A DNA stretch of 64,000 nt from Bacteroidota bacterium (lineage in GTDB: Bacteria > Bacteroidota > Bacteroidia > Bacteroidales > CAIWKO01): assembly GCA_037133915.1 (NCBI GenBank), contig JBAXND010000007.1:4085-68084 (forward strand), written 5' to 3'. Positions 46,964 to 56,851 of this stretch are shown here, piece by piece; position 1 is the first letter of the stretch; each line of letters starts with the position of its first letter. The position numbers were made by a program, and so were the translations under genes. A model generated the notes under the pieces. The model was not told the origin of the DNA, searched no databases, and was given only the letters and a program-made list of their open reading frames with translations.

Positions 46964-47704
46964 ATGAACAACATGGATGATATTATTTTTGATAAACGGA
47001 ATAAAGCTTACGGAGCCTATGCGCTTCGTAAAGCCTATAACCGCGTTGTCGGAATATCCATCCTGGTCTGCAGTATAACATTTATAGTAATTATTCTCGG
47101 CATTTTTCTGCGATATCTGCTCCTGAGTGAAACGATATATTCCATGAGAGGATATGCAGGAGGAAAAGGAGATACGAGTCTGGTGGTTCAATACAATGAA
47201 AATTCCGGTCCGCCGCCCCAGTCCATTCCGCAGGATGAGCGCAATACCATTCCGGTTGTTGTTGACAGCAGTAAAATAACCAAGCAAACTACCACTACCC
47301 TGTTTAACGATAATCCCGGAGATACCACCGGTAAAGGAAACGGAAGTTCAAACGGTAACGGTAACGGCGGCGGCGATGGTCAGATTTATTTATTTGCAGA
47401 ACAGCCGCCATCATACCCCGGAGGAGAAAAAGAGCGGATGAGTTTTTTGCAAAGGAACATTATGTATCCAGCGGCGGCAAGAAAAAATAAAATTCAGGGA
47501 TCTGTATACGTTTCTTTTGTTGTTGAGCGAAACGGAAGCCTGTCAAATATAAAAATCCTGAAAGGAATTGGCTCGGGATGCGACGAAGAAGCCGTGCGCG
47601 TGCTGAAACTCATGCCCGCATGGATACCGGGAGTACAGAACGGAAATACCGTACGGGTGCAGGTTATAATACCTCTCACGTTTGTATTGAGTGCCAAAAC
47701 CTGA
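46964..47704 (+). CDS. tonB: TonB-family energy transducer
   Basis: N-terminal anchor. C-terminal domain PSYPGGEKERMSFLQRNIMYPAAARKNKIQGSVYVSFVVERNGSLSNIKILKGIGSGCDEEAVRVLKLMPAWIPG. The linker is G/N-rich. ATG at 46964 (the ORF track starts two codons earlier at TTG 46958). Confidence 0.8.
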   Translation: MNNMDDIIFDKRNKAYGAYALRKAYNRVVGISILVCSITFIVIILGIFLRYLLLSETIYSMRGYAGGKGDTSLVVQYNENSGPPPQSIPQDERNTIPVVVDSSKITKQTTTTLFNDNPGDTTGKGNGSSNGNGNGGGDGQIYLFAEQPPSYPGGEKERMSFLQRNIMYPAAARKNKIQGSVYVSFVVERNGSLSNIKILKGIGSGCDEEAVRVLKLMPAWIPGVQNGNTVRVQVIIPLTFVLSAKT

Positions 47705-47810
47705 GGCACTTCCCCGACCAGAACGTTTAACCAATAACAATAAACTGAGCATTCACAGAGTTTATATTAACAGCGGTGTGTTAAAAAAAAGAAATAGCGC
47801 GCAAACCCAC

Positions 47811-47818
47811 TACTTTTG
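47811..47818 (+). promoter_or_regulatory. Candidate -7 promoter box TActTTTG upstream of exbB
   Basis: Matches TAnnTTTG, 35 nt upstream of the ATG at 47853. Confidence 0.35.
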
Positions 47819-47852
47819 GAATACCTAATTTTAACGACTAAATGAAAAATCT

Positions 47853-48572
47853 ATGTTAGGGATATTATTGCAGATTACACAGCCGGGAAGCGTAGCACAG
47901 GATACTGTAGCCAATGCTATTAACCAACCCCAGGTAACAGCGCCAAAAGTGGAAGCCATGTCGTTGCTCGATGTTATATCGAAAGGCGGTATCATTATGA
48001 TTCCGATCTTGCTGCTTTCGATCATTGCCATTTACATTTTTATCTCGCGCTACATTACCATCCGCAAAGCAGGAAAAGACGAGAGTAGTTTCATGAATAA
48101 CATCCGTGACCTGATACACGAAGGGCGCGTTGATTCGGCACTTTCAGTTTGCCGTAATACACAGAAACCCATTGCACGCATGATAGAAAAAGGACTGATG
48201 CGTCTTGGCAGACCGTTGAAAGAGATTGGCGAATCGGTTGAGATTGTCGGTAAATTCGAAGTATATAAACTGGAAAAAAATCTTGTTATACTTGCCGTTG
48301 TTGCCGGTATTGCACCGATGTTTGGTTTTATCGGAACCATACTCGGGGTTATCAAGATATTCTATGATATATCACTGGCGGGCGATGTAAGTATTTCGAG
48401 TGTATCCGCAGGTCTTTATACCAAAATGGTTTCGAGTGCAGGCGGGCTTATTGTAGGCATTATTGCATTTGTGTTTTATCATTGGTTAAACATCATGGTT
48501 GACAAAGCCGTTCACAAAATGGAATACAACGCCATGGAGTTTATTGATCTGTTGCAGGAGCCTTCGAAATAA
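47853..48572 (+). CDS. exbB: MotA/TolQ/ExbB proton-channel protein
   Basis: LAVVAGIAPMFGFIGTILGVIKIF ... GLYTKMVSSAGGLIVGIIA is the ExbB/TolQ core. Confidence 0.85.
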   Translation: MLGILLQITQPGSVAQDTVANAINQPQVTAPKVEAMSLLDVISKGGIIMIPILLLSIIAIYIFISRYITIRKAGKDESSFMNNIRDLIHEGRVDSALSVCRNTQKPIARMIEKGLMRLGRPLKEIGESVEIVGKFEVYKLEKNLVILAVVAGIAPMFGFIGTILGVIKIFYDISLAGDVSISSVSAGLYTKMVSSAGGLIVGIIAFVFYHWLNIMVDKAVHKMEYNAMEFIDLLQEPSK

Positions 48573-48638
48573 TACATATTCACGATGCCGGAAGTGAATA
48601 CGTTCATCGCCGGCAAGGCATAATTAAAAGAAATTACA

Positions 48639-49049
48639 ATGAATCTGAGGCGCAAAAAAAATATTACAGCAGAGGTCAGTACTTCTTCAATGAATGACAT
48701 CATGTTCTTTCTGATGTTGTTTTTTCTGATTATGTCCACCCTGCTTAACCCCAGTGTTATTAAGCTATCGCTTCCAAATTCAAAGCATTCTCAGGCAATA
48801 CGGACAAAAGAAATTCAAATTAGTGTAACCAAAGACCTGGCATATTACGTAAACAATAAGCCAATTGCCTTTGACCAGATTGAAAACTCTTTGAAAGCAG
48901 AATTGCAGAAATCAACGGATGCCACTGTTGTCCTGCGTTGCGACAATACGCTTCCGATACAGGAATTGGTGAATTTGCTTGAAATCGGGAATAAACTTCA
49001 GATACGAATGATTCTCGCAACAAAAACAACCAATGGCACAACAAATTAA
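48639..49049 (+). CDS. exbD: ExbD/TolR biopolymer transport protein
   Basis: SSMNDIMFFLMLFFLIMS is the TM with the conserved acidic residue. 136 aa. Follows exbB. Confidence 0.85.
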   Translation: MNLRRKKNITAEVSTSSMNDIMFFLMLFFLIMSTLLNPSVIKLSLPNSKHSQAIRTKEIQISVTKDLAYYVNNKPIAFDQIENSLKAELQKSTDATVVLRCDNTLPIQELVNLLEIGNKLQIRMILATKTTNGTTN

Positions 49050-49845
49050 CATCGAACAGCGGAAATACAACATCATAGCGGTGGTGGGAACAATGCTGGT
49101 GCATTCGTTGCTATTCCTGCTGTGTTATTTCATCTTTTTCTACACTCCTATTCCACCCTGGCCCGAAGGCGGCGGTGGCGGCGGACTTGGAATCGAAGTG
49201 AACCTCGGAACTTCCGAAACAGGTTTTGGCGATATACAGACAGACAATATCTCCATGCCTGATTTCACTCCTTCTTCGAGTAATAATAATGTCCTTACGC
49301 AAGACAACGATGCAACAAGCGCGATTAACGAAAGTAAGGACAATAACAATAAAGATATAAATCAGGCCGCCATTTATAAAGGAAAGAAAGACGGTGGCAG
49401 TCAGGGTGAAAAAGGCGGCACAGGCGATCAGGGTAAAAAAGACGGGAATAAAAACTCTTCGAATTATAATGGCAAAGGTACCGGCGGTACCGGCGGCGGC
49501 ACAGGGGGTGGTAACGGTACAGGCAACGGACCCGGCGACGGTCCGGGCGATGGACCCGGCAAGGGAAAAGGTGTTTCCTTTTCGCTGAACGGACGCTCTG
49601 TAAAAAGTCTTCCCAAACCGGTTTATAATTCTAAAGAAGAAGGCACCGTAGTTGTTTCTATATGGGTAGATAAAAAAGGAAAAGTGACCAAGGCAGTTGC
49701 CGGAGGGCGCGGAACCACTACCACCAACACATCCTTATGGAAACTTGCGACAGATGCCGCGCTCAAAGCCACTTTTGATGTTAAGGCCGATGCTCCGGAA
49801 GAACAGAAAGGAACCATCACCTACAATTTCATCAACCTCAATTGA
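49033..49845 (+). CDS. Second TonB-like energy-transducer-family protein with Gly-rich linker
   Basis: N-terminal anchor IIAVVGTMLVHSLLFLLCYFIFF. Long G/N/T/P linker (GGTGGGTGGGNGTGNGPGDGPGDGPGKGKG). C-terminal ~90-aa domain SLPKPVYNSKEEGTVVVSIWVDKKGKV. Overlaps exbD by 17 nt. Confidence 0.6.
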   Translation: MAQQINIEQRKYNIIAVVGTMLVHSLLFLLCYFIFFYTPIPPWPEGGGGGGLGIEVNLGTSETGFGDIQTDNISMPDFTPSSSNNNVLTQDNDATSAINESKDNNNKDINQAAIYKGKKDGGSQGEKGGTGDQGKKDGNKNSSNYNGKGTGGTGGGTGGGNGTGNGPGDGPGDGPGKGKGVSFSLNGRSVKSLPKPVYNSKEEGTVVVSIWVDKKGKVTKAVAGGRGTTTTNTSLWKLATDAALKATFDVKADAPEEQKGTITYNFINLN

Positions 49846-51134
49846 GCCGTTACAGCGAAATAATTGATTTCCTGTTCAAACAGCTTCCTATGTTTCAACA
49901 CATAGGGGCAGGTGCGTATAAACCCGGACTGGAAACCACCTACCGGATGTGCGAACAGCTGGGCAATCCACAAGAAAAATTCAAATCGATACACATAGCA
50001 GGTACTAACGGCAAAGGAAGCTGCTCACATTTGCTTGCATCAATACTTCAGGAAAAAGGCTATAAAACAGGACTGTTCACCTCACCACATCTCAAAGACT
50101 TCAGAGAGCGGATTAAAGTGAACGGGAGTATGATTGGCAAAAACGAAGTAGTATCCTTCATGAAGAATTACGAGAAGGAATACGCAGTCTTTAAACCTTC
50201 ATTTTTTGAATTAACCTTCTGCATGGCCATGCAGCATTTCCGTAATAAGAATGTTGATATTGCCATTATAGAAACGGGAATGGGCGGGCGTCTTGACTCG
50301 ACGAATATACTGAACCCGATATTAGGAATTATCACCAACATCAGTTACGATCACATGATGTTTCTGGGCGATACGCTTGCCAAAATAGCAGCAGAAAAAG
50401 CAGGCATCATGAAACCCGGAATGCCGGTTATTATTGGTGAAACACAGAAAGAAACAAAAAGAGTTTTTTTAGCGAAGGCAAAAGCGACCTCCGGTGAACT
50501 GGTTTTTGCCGACACCTGTTACGAGGCGCTGAAGCGTGAAAGCTTTGTAGGCAAAGGGCTTGATATGATTGTTGTCTCAAAGCAAACCGGCGAAGCACTT
50601 CAATTAAGCTGTCCACTTGGAGGATATTATCAGCTTAAAAATGTTCAGACGGTGCTCGCGGCAGTAGCCGAATTGAATAAAGCAGGGCTACGTCTCAGCG
50701 AAACGGCCATACAGTATGGTTTCCGTAAGGTAATACGGAATACGGGATTTAAAGGCCGCTGGCAGGTACTCTCGCGGAAGCCGCTCACAGTCTGCGATAC
50801 GGCACACAACGAAGCCGGCATACGGTACATTGCCGAACAACTTGCTGCCACGCCCTGTAATAAACTGCATATCGTTTTCGGCATGCTCGAAGATAAAGAC
50901 AGCACAAAAATTTTAAAATTACTTCCACCCCGCGCGACCTACTATTTCTGCCGCCCTTCCATTCCACGCGGACGCGATGCTGAGATGCTGAGAAAGCAGG
51001 CTTTGGCAGCAGGACTCAACGGAAAAGCATATGAGACGGTGAATATGGCACTTTCAGCCGCCAGGCAACATTCGGGTGAAGATGACCTGATATTTGTCGG
51101 AGGAAGCACATTCGTTGTTGCAGAAGTCGTTTGA
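49842..51134 (+). CDS. folC: Folylpolyglutamate synthase/dihydrofolate synthase
   Basis: HIAGTNGKGSCSHLLASIL (P-loop), ETGMGGRLDSTN and AAEKAGIMKPG. The TTG start overlaps the preceding stop (TTGA). Confidence 0.85.
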   Translation: MSRYSEIIDFLFKQLPMFQHIGAGAYKPGLETTYRMCEQLGNPQEKFKSIHIAGTNGKGSCSHLLASILQEKGYKTGLFTSPHLKDFRERIKVNGSMIGKNEVVSFMKNYEKEYAVFKPSFFELTFCMAMQHFRNKNVDIAIIETGMGGRLDSTNILNPILGIITNISYDHMMFLGDTLAKIAAEKAGIMKPGMPVIIGETQKETKRVFLAKAKATSGELVFADTCYEALKRESFVGKGLDMIVVSKQTGEALQLSCPLGGYYQLKNVQTVLAAVAELNKAGLRLSETAIQYGFRKVIRNTGFKGRWQVLSRKPLTVCDTAHNEAGIRYIAEQLAATPCNKLHIVFGMLEDKDSTKILKLLPPRATYYFCRPSIPRGRDAEMLRKQALAAGLNGKAYETVNMALSAARQHSGEDDLIFVGGSTFVVAEVV

Positions 51135-51199
51135 TAAATAAAAAATAATGACTAATAATCTGTATTTTTACCATTGAATATCATAATATCCGCTTGCTG

Positions 51200-52513
51200 A
51201 TGCTCACGATATTTGTCGCCAATCATACGAACAGAATCGACTATACATTCAGGCTTATTTTCAAAGACCTGCTTGATATTGATTTCTGCATCACATCAAA
51301 CAAAGAGGAATTTGCCGCAAATACGGGACATAAATTTTCATACGGCACACATAAAATAAGCGATGAAGTTTTCTTTAAATCATCGGGATTGCTTGAATCA
51401 ACGGGAATACAGGAATTAGATACTGAAGTTTCAACCTATAAAAACACGGCAGTACTATTTCCTTTATACGATGCAAGCTCGGCCTTGCCGTTCGATCCTT
51501 TTGCTGCAGCTTTTTATATGGCAACGCGCTATGAAGAATATCTTCCTTACAAGGCAGACAAGCTGGGGCGTTTTGAAGCTGCTGCCGGAATTGCCCATCA
51601 GCAAGGCTTTCTGCAACTACCTGTTGTAAATTTATGGGCTGCAATTATTCGCGACACGCTGAAAAACAACTATCCTGAAATTCCCGGTCCGCATCGTAAA
51701 TTCAGATTTGTACCTACCTATGATATTGATATCGCCTACTCATACCTTTATAAAGGAAATACGCGCAGTATGGCCGCCGCAGCAAAGGATTTACTCAAAG
51801 GGAACTTCCGGAACCTGAAAGAGCGCTACGATGTACTCCAGGGTAATAAAGCAGATCCTTACGACAGTTATGAATTCATGTTTGAACTGCAGGAGCAATA
51901 CGGTCTCTGTGCCAATTATTTCATACATGCGGGTACATGGGGAAAATATGACAAAAGCATTGCGCCTGAAACAGAGCCATACGCTTCCCTGCTTCGAAAA
52001 ATAAACAGCCTTGCCGAAATCGGCATTCATCCGTCATGGCAATCCACAGAAAAGCCGGAGCTTATTAAACAAGAAATTATACGGATTGAAGGTGTCATCG
52101 GAGAACCCATTACACAAGCGCGACAGCATTTTATTAAGTTGAAATTCCCGGACACCTACAGGAACTTCATCGCTGCCGGCATCATCGATGATTATTCCAT
52201 GGGATTTGCATCAGACATAGGTTTCAGAGCAGGACTATGCTCATCGTTTTTCTTCTATGACCTGGTGGAAGAAAGGGAAACAAAACTGAGGATACATCCC
52301 TTTGCCATTATGGAAGGCAGCATGAAAGATTACCTGAATATTTCTGCCGCCGAAGCGCTGCCCGTAATCGAAAAAATCATGAAACAAGTTGCTGCCGTAG
52401 GCGGAACTTTTATCACCATCTTTCATAATGAATCTCTTGGAACCTCAGCAAAATGGGCCGGCTGGAGAAATGTGTATCGTGAAATGACCGAAATGGCAAA
52501 CAGTCTTTCGTAA
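51200..52513 (+). CDS. Hypothetical protein, possibly polysaccharide-deacetylase-like
   Basis: 437 aa with no signal peptide. The N-terminal NRIDYTFRLIFKDLL pattern recalls Bacteroidota proteins annotated as deacetylase-like, but I cannot point to catalytic motifs. Confidence 0.35.
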   Translation: MLTIFVANHTNRIDYTFRLIFKDLLDIDFCITSNKEEFAANTGHKFSYGTHKISDEVFFKSSGLLESTGIQELDTEVSTYKNTAVLFPLYDASSALPFDPFAAAFYMATRYEEYLPYKADKLGRFEAAAGIAHQQGFLQLPVVNLWAAIIRDTLKNNYPEIPGPHRKFRFVPTYDIDIAYSYLYKGNTRSMAAAAKDLLKGNFRNLKERYDVLQGNKADPYDSYEFMFELQEQYGLCANYFIHAGTWGKYDKSIAPETEPYASLLRKINSLAEIGIHPSWQSTEKPELIKQEIIRIEGVIGEPITQARQHFIKLKFPDTYRNFIAAGIIDDYSMGFASDIGFRAGLCSSFFFYDLVEERETKLRIHPFAIMEGSMKDYLNISAAEALPVIEKIMKQVAAVGGTFITIFHNESLGTSAKWAGWRNVYREMTEMANSLS

Positions 52514-52536
52514 AAAAATAAAACAACCATAAACTT

Positions 52537-53475
52537 TTGATTCGTTACATCGAACATAGTGCCCTCGACAAACGTAAATGGGATTGCTGCATTGAAAACG
52601 CCGCAATGAGCCCGGCCTATGCGTTGTCGTGGTATCTTGATATTGCCTGCGAACAGTGGGACGCACTTGTGGAAGATGATTATTCAGCAGTAATGCCGCT
52701 GCCCTGGCGCAAAAAAGGAGGTATAAAATATATTTATCCGCCTTACTTCATTCAACAACTCGGCATTTTTTCAACCGCTACGGTTGGTTCGGCGAAAACA
52801 GCTGCGTTTCTCAATGCTATTCCGGAATCCTTCAAATATGCCGAAATAAACCTGAACAGCACGAATGCTGTGAGTGAACTTACACTTTCATATACAAGGC
52901 GAACGAATACTGAGCTTCAATTAAACACACCCTTCGAAAAAATAAAATCGGGATATTCGGATAACCTGAAACGCAACTTACGCAAAGCCGTAACTTCCGG
53001 AAACGACCTAACCGATGCTGTAATTCCAGAAGCGCTTGTAACCCTTTTTAAGCATAACAAAGGTGCCGAGCTCAACAAATTCAGTGAACAGGACTACGCC
53101 GTACTCACTCACTTAATGAAGGAAAGCATCAAGCGTGGTGCAGGATTTATTACGGGTGTTTGTGATGATAAAAACACTTTGATTGCCGGCGCTTTTTTTA
53201 TTCAAACCGGTCAACGAATCATTTTTCTGTTCAGCGGTGCAGGCGCAGAAGCAAAAGAGAACGCAGCCATACCACAGCTTTTAAATAATCAAATCGCTGC
53301 TTATGCTGACAGGCAGATGCTTTTGGATTTTGAAGGTTCGGATAATAAAAATCTCGCGCGGTTTTATAAGAGCTTCGGCTCTGAAGAAACGTATTATCAT
53401 CGCGTTATAATTGACCGGCTCCCAAAAATTGCAAAATATGTAATAAAATGGCGTCGTATGCTGAAAAAAAATTAA
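52537..53475 (+). CDS. GNAT/FemAB-like acyltransferase-fold protein (uncharacterised)
   Basis: 312 aa. The start IEHSALDKRKWDCCIENA...YALSWYLD and the C-terminal LLDFEGSDNKNLARFYKSFG resemble FemAB/GNAT-like acetyltransferase families. TTG start with no nearby ATG. Confidence 0.4.
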   Translation: MIRYIEHSALDKRKWDCCIENAAMSPAYALSWYLDIACEQWDALVEDDYSAVMPLPWRKKGGIKYIYPPYFIQQLGIFSTATVGSAKTAAFLNAIPESFKYAEINLNSTNAVSELTLSYTRRTNTELQLNTPFEKIKSGYSDNLKRNLRKAVTSGNDLTDAVIPEALVTLFKHNKGAELNKFSEQDYAVLTHLMKESIKRGAGFITGVCDDKNTLIAGAFFIQTGQRIIFLFSGAGAEAKENAAIPQLLNNQIAAYADRQMLLDFEGSDNKNLARFYKSFGSEETYYHRVIIDRLPKIAKYVIKWRRMLKKN

Positions 53476-53501
53476 TTTAGCAGAACATAAAATCGAATGA
53501 C

Positions 53502-54152
53502 ATGGTCAATGTGCTTGGTGAAAAAACTTCGGTCTTGAACCAGTATATCTCTGAAATAAGAGATGTGGATGTTCAGAAAGACCCTCTTCGGTTCAGAAGA
53601 AATTGTGAACGCATAGGTGAAGTTTTCGGCTATGAAATCAGCAAACTTCTTGAATACGAAAAAAAGGAAATCATCACACCTTTGGGCGTAGCAGAAATGC
53701 CTGTTATAAAAAACTATCCGGTGCTTGCAACCATACTTCGTGCAGGCTTGCCGCTTCATCAGGGGCTGCTCAATGTTTTTGACAGGTCAGATAATGCATT
53801 TATTTCAGCCTACAGGCTGCATTATCCCGACGGACAGTTTGACGTCAAAGTAGAGTATGTTTCCAGTCCTGATCTTACAAATCGCACACTGATATTGTGT
53901 GACCCGATGCTTGCCACCGGTTCATCACTGGTGCTGACCTATAAGGAACTTCTTTCAAAAGGCAAACCGCTTCATACCCACATAGTCACAATTATTGCCA
54001 GTGTTCAGGGTGTTGAATACCTTAAAAAGCACTTACCGGCAGCAGACGTTACCCTCTGGGCAGGTGCTGTTGATGATGAACTCACGGCTCAGGCCTATAT
54101 CGTACCCGGTTTGGGCGATGCCGGCGATCTGGCTTTCGGTGTAAAACTGTAA
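53502..54152 (+). CDS. upp: Uracil phosphoribosyltransferase
   Basis: LILCDPMLATGSS (PRPP loop) and YIVPGLGDAGDLAFG at the C-terminus. Confidence 0.88.
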   Translation: MVNVLGEKTSVLNQYISEIRDVDVQKDPLRFRRNCERIGEVFGYEISKLLEYEKKEIITPLGVAEMPVIKNYPVLATILRAGLPLHQGLLNVFDRSDNAFISAYRLHYPDGQFDVKVEYVSSPDLTNRTLILCDPMLATGSSLVLTYKELLSKGKPLHTHIVTIIASVQGVEYLKKHLPAADVTLWAGAVDDELTAQAYIVPGLGDAGDLAFGVKL

Positions 54153-54269
54153 TTGCATTGCAGTTTCCATTGTACTTATTCAAAATACGTGCGCTGAATG
54201 AATATTTGGCTGGCTGATAAATTGCATCATTTTTAAGCAATTTTTCGGCTGAATCGCTGTTTTACTTCT

Positions 54270-54779
54270 ATGCTGCTCATACTTCTAAAATCGAATCTCG
54301 CTTATAAATTGGTTCAGGTAGTACTGATGAGCGGAATAAAATTCATTTTTGCCCCGCCTCTGTCGATTGAATCAGGCTTAAATTATTTTCAAACTATTGG
54401 CGCTACTACTGCCGGAGGTATTGCAGGCATTTTCTTTTTTTATCATTTGAGTGGTGGAATTATCAGGCTATACCGCATCATTCGTCCTAAAGTGAAAGCA
54501 CTATTTATTGTGCCGGAAGCGACTCATGAAAATCAGCAAAAGCATACTAATAAAAGAAAGAAAATTTTTACATGGAAAAATAAACTCATCGTAAAAATCA
54601 GAAGCAAATACGGAATGGCCGGAATTGTTATACTCACACCAATACTGCTTTCAATACCTATTGGCGCCTTTTTGGCAAATAAATACTATTCGAGAAATAA
54701 AAACATTTTGCTGTACCTGTCGGCATCCATTATTTTCTGGTCGTTCAGTATTTCTACAATCTACTTTTTCACATTTTAG
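54270..54779 (+). CDS. Small integral membrane protein, function unknown
   Basis: 169 aa with four hydrophobic segments. No motif recognised. Confidence 0.4.
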   Translation: MLLILLKSNLAYKLVQVVLMSGIKFIFAPPLSIESGLNYFQTIGATTAGGIAGIFFFYHLSGGIIRLYRIIRPKVKALFIVPEATHENQQKHTNKRKKIFTWKNKLIVKIRSKYGMAGIVILTPILLSIPIGAFLANKYYSRNKNILLYLSASIIFWSFSISTIYFFTF

Positions 54780-56722
54780 GACGACTGAAAACGCTCCAGT
54801 TCAAGATTCAGATTTTCCCAATCACGCAGCTCCTCTTCGAGTTGCTTTTTAAGTTTCTGATAGTTACCGTAAAACTCCGGGTCGTTGATAATCTCTTTGT
54901 ACTTTGCAGGATCAACTAAAGCTTCATCAATACTTTTCACCTGCTGCTCCAGCTTCTCAACGGTTTCTTCAATTTTCGAGATTCTATTCTTTATTTTACG
55001 CAATTCTTTGTCCGACTCACGCTTCTTTTCATACTGATTGCGACTATCGGAAGGGCGCGCTTCGCTGTTTGCCAGCTTTTGTGCTTTTGCAACCTGCTCA
55101 AGTTGTTTAAGGGAATCGATGCGTCGCGCATCCAAAAAATCATAAATATCACCCGGAAACTGTCGTATGGTTTGATTCCTAAATTCAAAAACCTTATTGG
55201 TTAGCCCTTGCAGAAAATCACGGTCGTGACTCACAATAAGCAATGTACCGTCAAATTTAAGCAGGGCACTTTTCAAAATATCTTTCGACTGCATGTCGAG
55301 ATGATTTGTGGGTTCATCAAGCACCAGCAAATTGACCGGAAACAGCAACATTTTAGCAAGCGCCAGTCTTGACTTTTCGCCACCCGAAAGCACCTTAACT
55401 TTTTTATCGATGGTATCGCCGCCAAAAAGGAAACTCCCGAGCAGACCGCGTGTTTTGGTACGCATTTCACCGGTAGCAACATGATCGAGGGTTTCAAACA
55501 CCGTGAGGTCACCATCGAGCAAATCGGCCTGATTCTGCGCATAGTAACCGATAGTAACATTCTGACCAAGTTTAATTTTTCCGGTATATTCGAGCTCATT
55601 GATAATTACTTTGGCCATAGTGGTTTTGCCTTCGCCGTTTCGTCCCACAAAAGCAATGCGTTCGCCCCTGGTAACAGTGTAAGCCAAATCTTTCAGCACA
55701 AGTCGTTCACCATAACTTTTACAAATATCCTGCACTTCGAGCACAATCTTCCCGGAATGTGGTGCCGGCGGGAATCTGAACTTTATGGAAGAAGTATCAA
55801 AATCGTCGATTTCTATCTTATCAATTTTATCGAGCATTTTCAGCCGTGACTGAACCTGACGGGCTTTGGTTGCCTTATAGCGAAATCGGTTTACAAATCG
55901 CTCTATCTGCTCTATCTGTTTTTGCTGGTTGTTGTAAGAAGCCATTTGCTGCTCCATACGTTCTTCGCGCAGCAACACATAATCTGAATAACAAGCTTTG
56001 TAATCGTATATTTTGCCGAAAGAAATTTCAACGGTACGGTTGGTAACATTATCCAGGAAAGCCCGGTCGTGAGATACAATAATAGCTGCGCCGCTGTATG
56101 TTTCCAGAAAACCCTCCAGCCACTGAATAGATTCAATATCAAGATGGTTTGTAGGCTCATCGAGCATCATCAAATCAGGACGGCTCAATAAAATTTTTGC
56201 AAGTTCTACACGCATCTGCCATCCACCGCTGAATTCCGACATAGACCTGTCAAAATCCTCCTTCTCAAACCCAAGACCAAGCAGTACTTTTTCGGTTTCG
56301 GCTTCAATTGTATTGCCTCCAAGCAGGTTTATCCGCTCGTTAGCACGGTTTAGTTTATCAATAATATTAAGATAACTTTCCGAGTGATAATCTTCCCGGC
56401 TGGTTATTTGTTCGGAGTATTCGTTAATCTTTTTCTTAAGCTTCAGCACTTCATCAAAAGCAGTCATGGCTTCGCGGTACACAGAGCGCTTGCTGTTGGT
56501 AATGATTTCCTGAGGCAGATAACCAACCGTACTCCCTGACGGAAACGCGATGCTGCCTTTTTCGGGTTCGAGTTTTCCGGCAATAATATTGAGCAGTGTG
56601 GTTTTTCCCACACCATTTTTCCCGACAAGCCCAATCCGGTCACGGTCATTAATAATAAAAGAGATATTATCGAAAATGAATTCGCCCGTAAAGTGCACGG
56701 AAAGTTGGTTTACAGAAATCAT
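54776..56722 (-). CDS. ABC-F family ATPase (no membrane domain; translation-factor-type)
   Basis: Two NBDs (GLVGKNGVGKTT / LSGGWQMRVELAKIL..MMLDEPTNHLD and GRNGEGKTT / LSGGEKSRLALAKML..LVLDEPTNHLD) joined by a charged linker, with a coiled-coil C-terminal tail. Confidence 0.85.
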   Translation of the reverse strand: MISVNQLSVHFTGEFIFDNISFIINDRDRIGLVGKNGVGKTTLLNIIAGKLEPEKGSIAFPSGSTVGYLPQEIITNSKRSVYREAMTAFDEVLKLKKKINEYSEQITSREDYHSESYLNIIDKLNRANERINLLGGNTIEAETEKVLLGLGFEKEDFDRSMSEFSGGWQMRVELAKILLSRPDLMMLDEPTNHLDIESIQWLEGFLETYSGAAIIVSHDRAFLDNVTNRTVEISFGKIYDYKACYSDYVLLREERMEQQMASYNNQQKQIEQIERFVNRFRYKATKARQVQSRLKMLDKIDKIEIDDFDTSSIKFRFPPAPHSGKIVLEVQDICKSYGERLVLKDLAYTVTRGERIAFVGRNGEGKTTMAKVIINELEYTGKIKLGQNVTIGYYAQNQADLLDGDLTVFETLDHVATGEMRTKTRGLLGSFLFGGDTIDKKVKVLSGGEKSRLALAKMLLFPVNLLVLDEPTNHLDMQSKDILKSALLKFDGTLLIVSHDRDFLQGLTNKVFEFRNQTIRQFPGDIYDFLDARRIDSLKQLEQVAKAQKLANSEARPSDSRNQYEKKRESDKELRKIKNRISKIEETVEKLEQQVKSIDEALVDPAKYKEIINDPEFYGNYQKLKKQLEEELRDWENLNLELERFQSS

Positions 56723-56772
56723 GATATCGTAAGAAGGTTATTCAGGTAAATTGAATCAGCCGCAAAAGTAAC

Positions 56773-56807
56773 AAAAAAAGCCGTCATCCAGTGATGGCGG
56801 CTTTTTT
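56773..56807 (-). terminator. Rho-independent terminator (bidirectional-looking hairpin)
   Basis: The minus strand reads agccgccatc actg gatgacggct followed by ttttttt. It lies 45 nt after the stop of the 269-aa gene. Confidence 0.6.
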
Positions 56808-56851
56808 GCTTTTTCTCCGGCAACAGATTGCAGGAGTTTGCAGTAAGTTAA

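Noticed and set aside
49440-49570. GC-rich short repeats (ggcggtaccggcggtaccggcggcggc..., ggacccggcgacggtccgggcgatggacccggc), checked as a possible CRISPR or intergenic repeat array.
   Set aside because: They lie inside an intact reading frame and encode the Gly/Pro/Asp-rich linker of the second TonB-like protein. No spacer-repeat periodicity is present.
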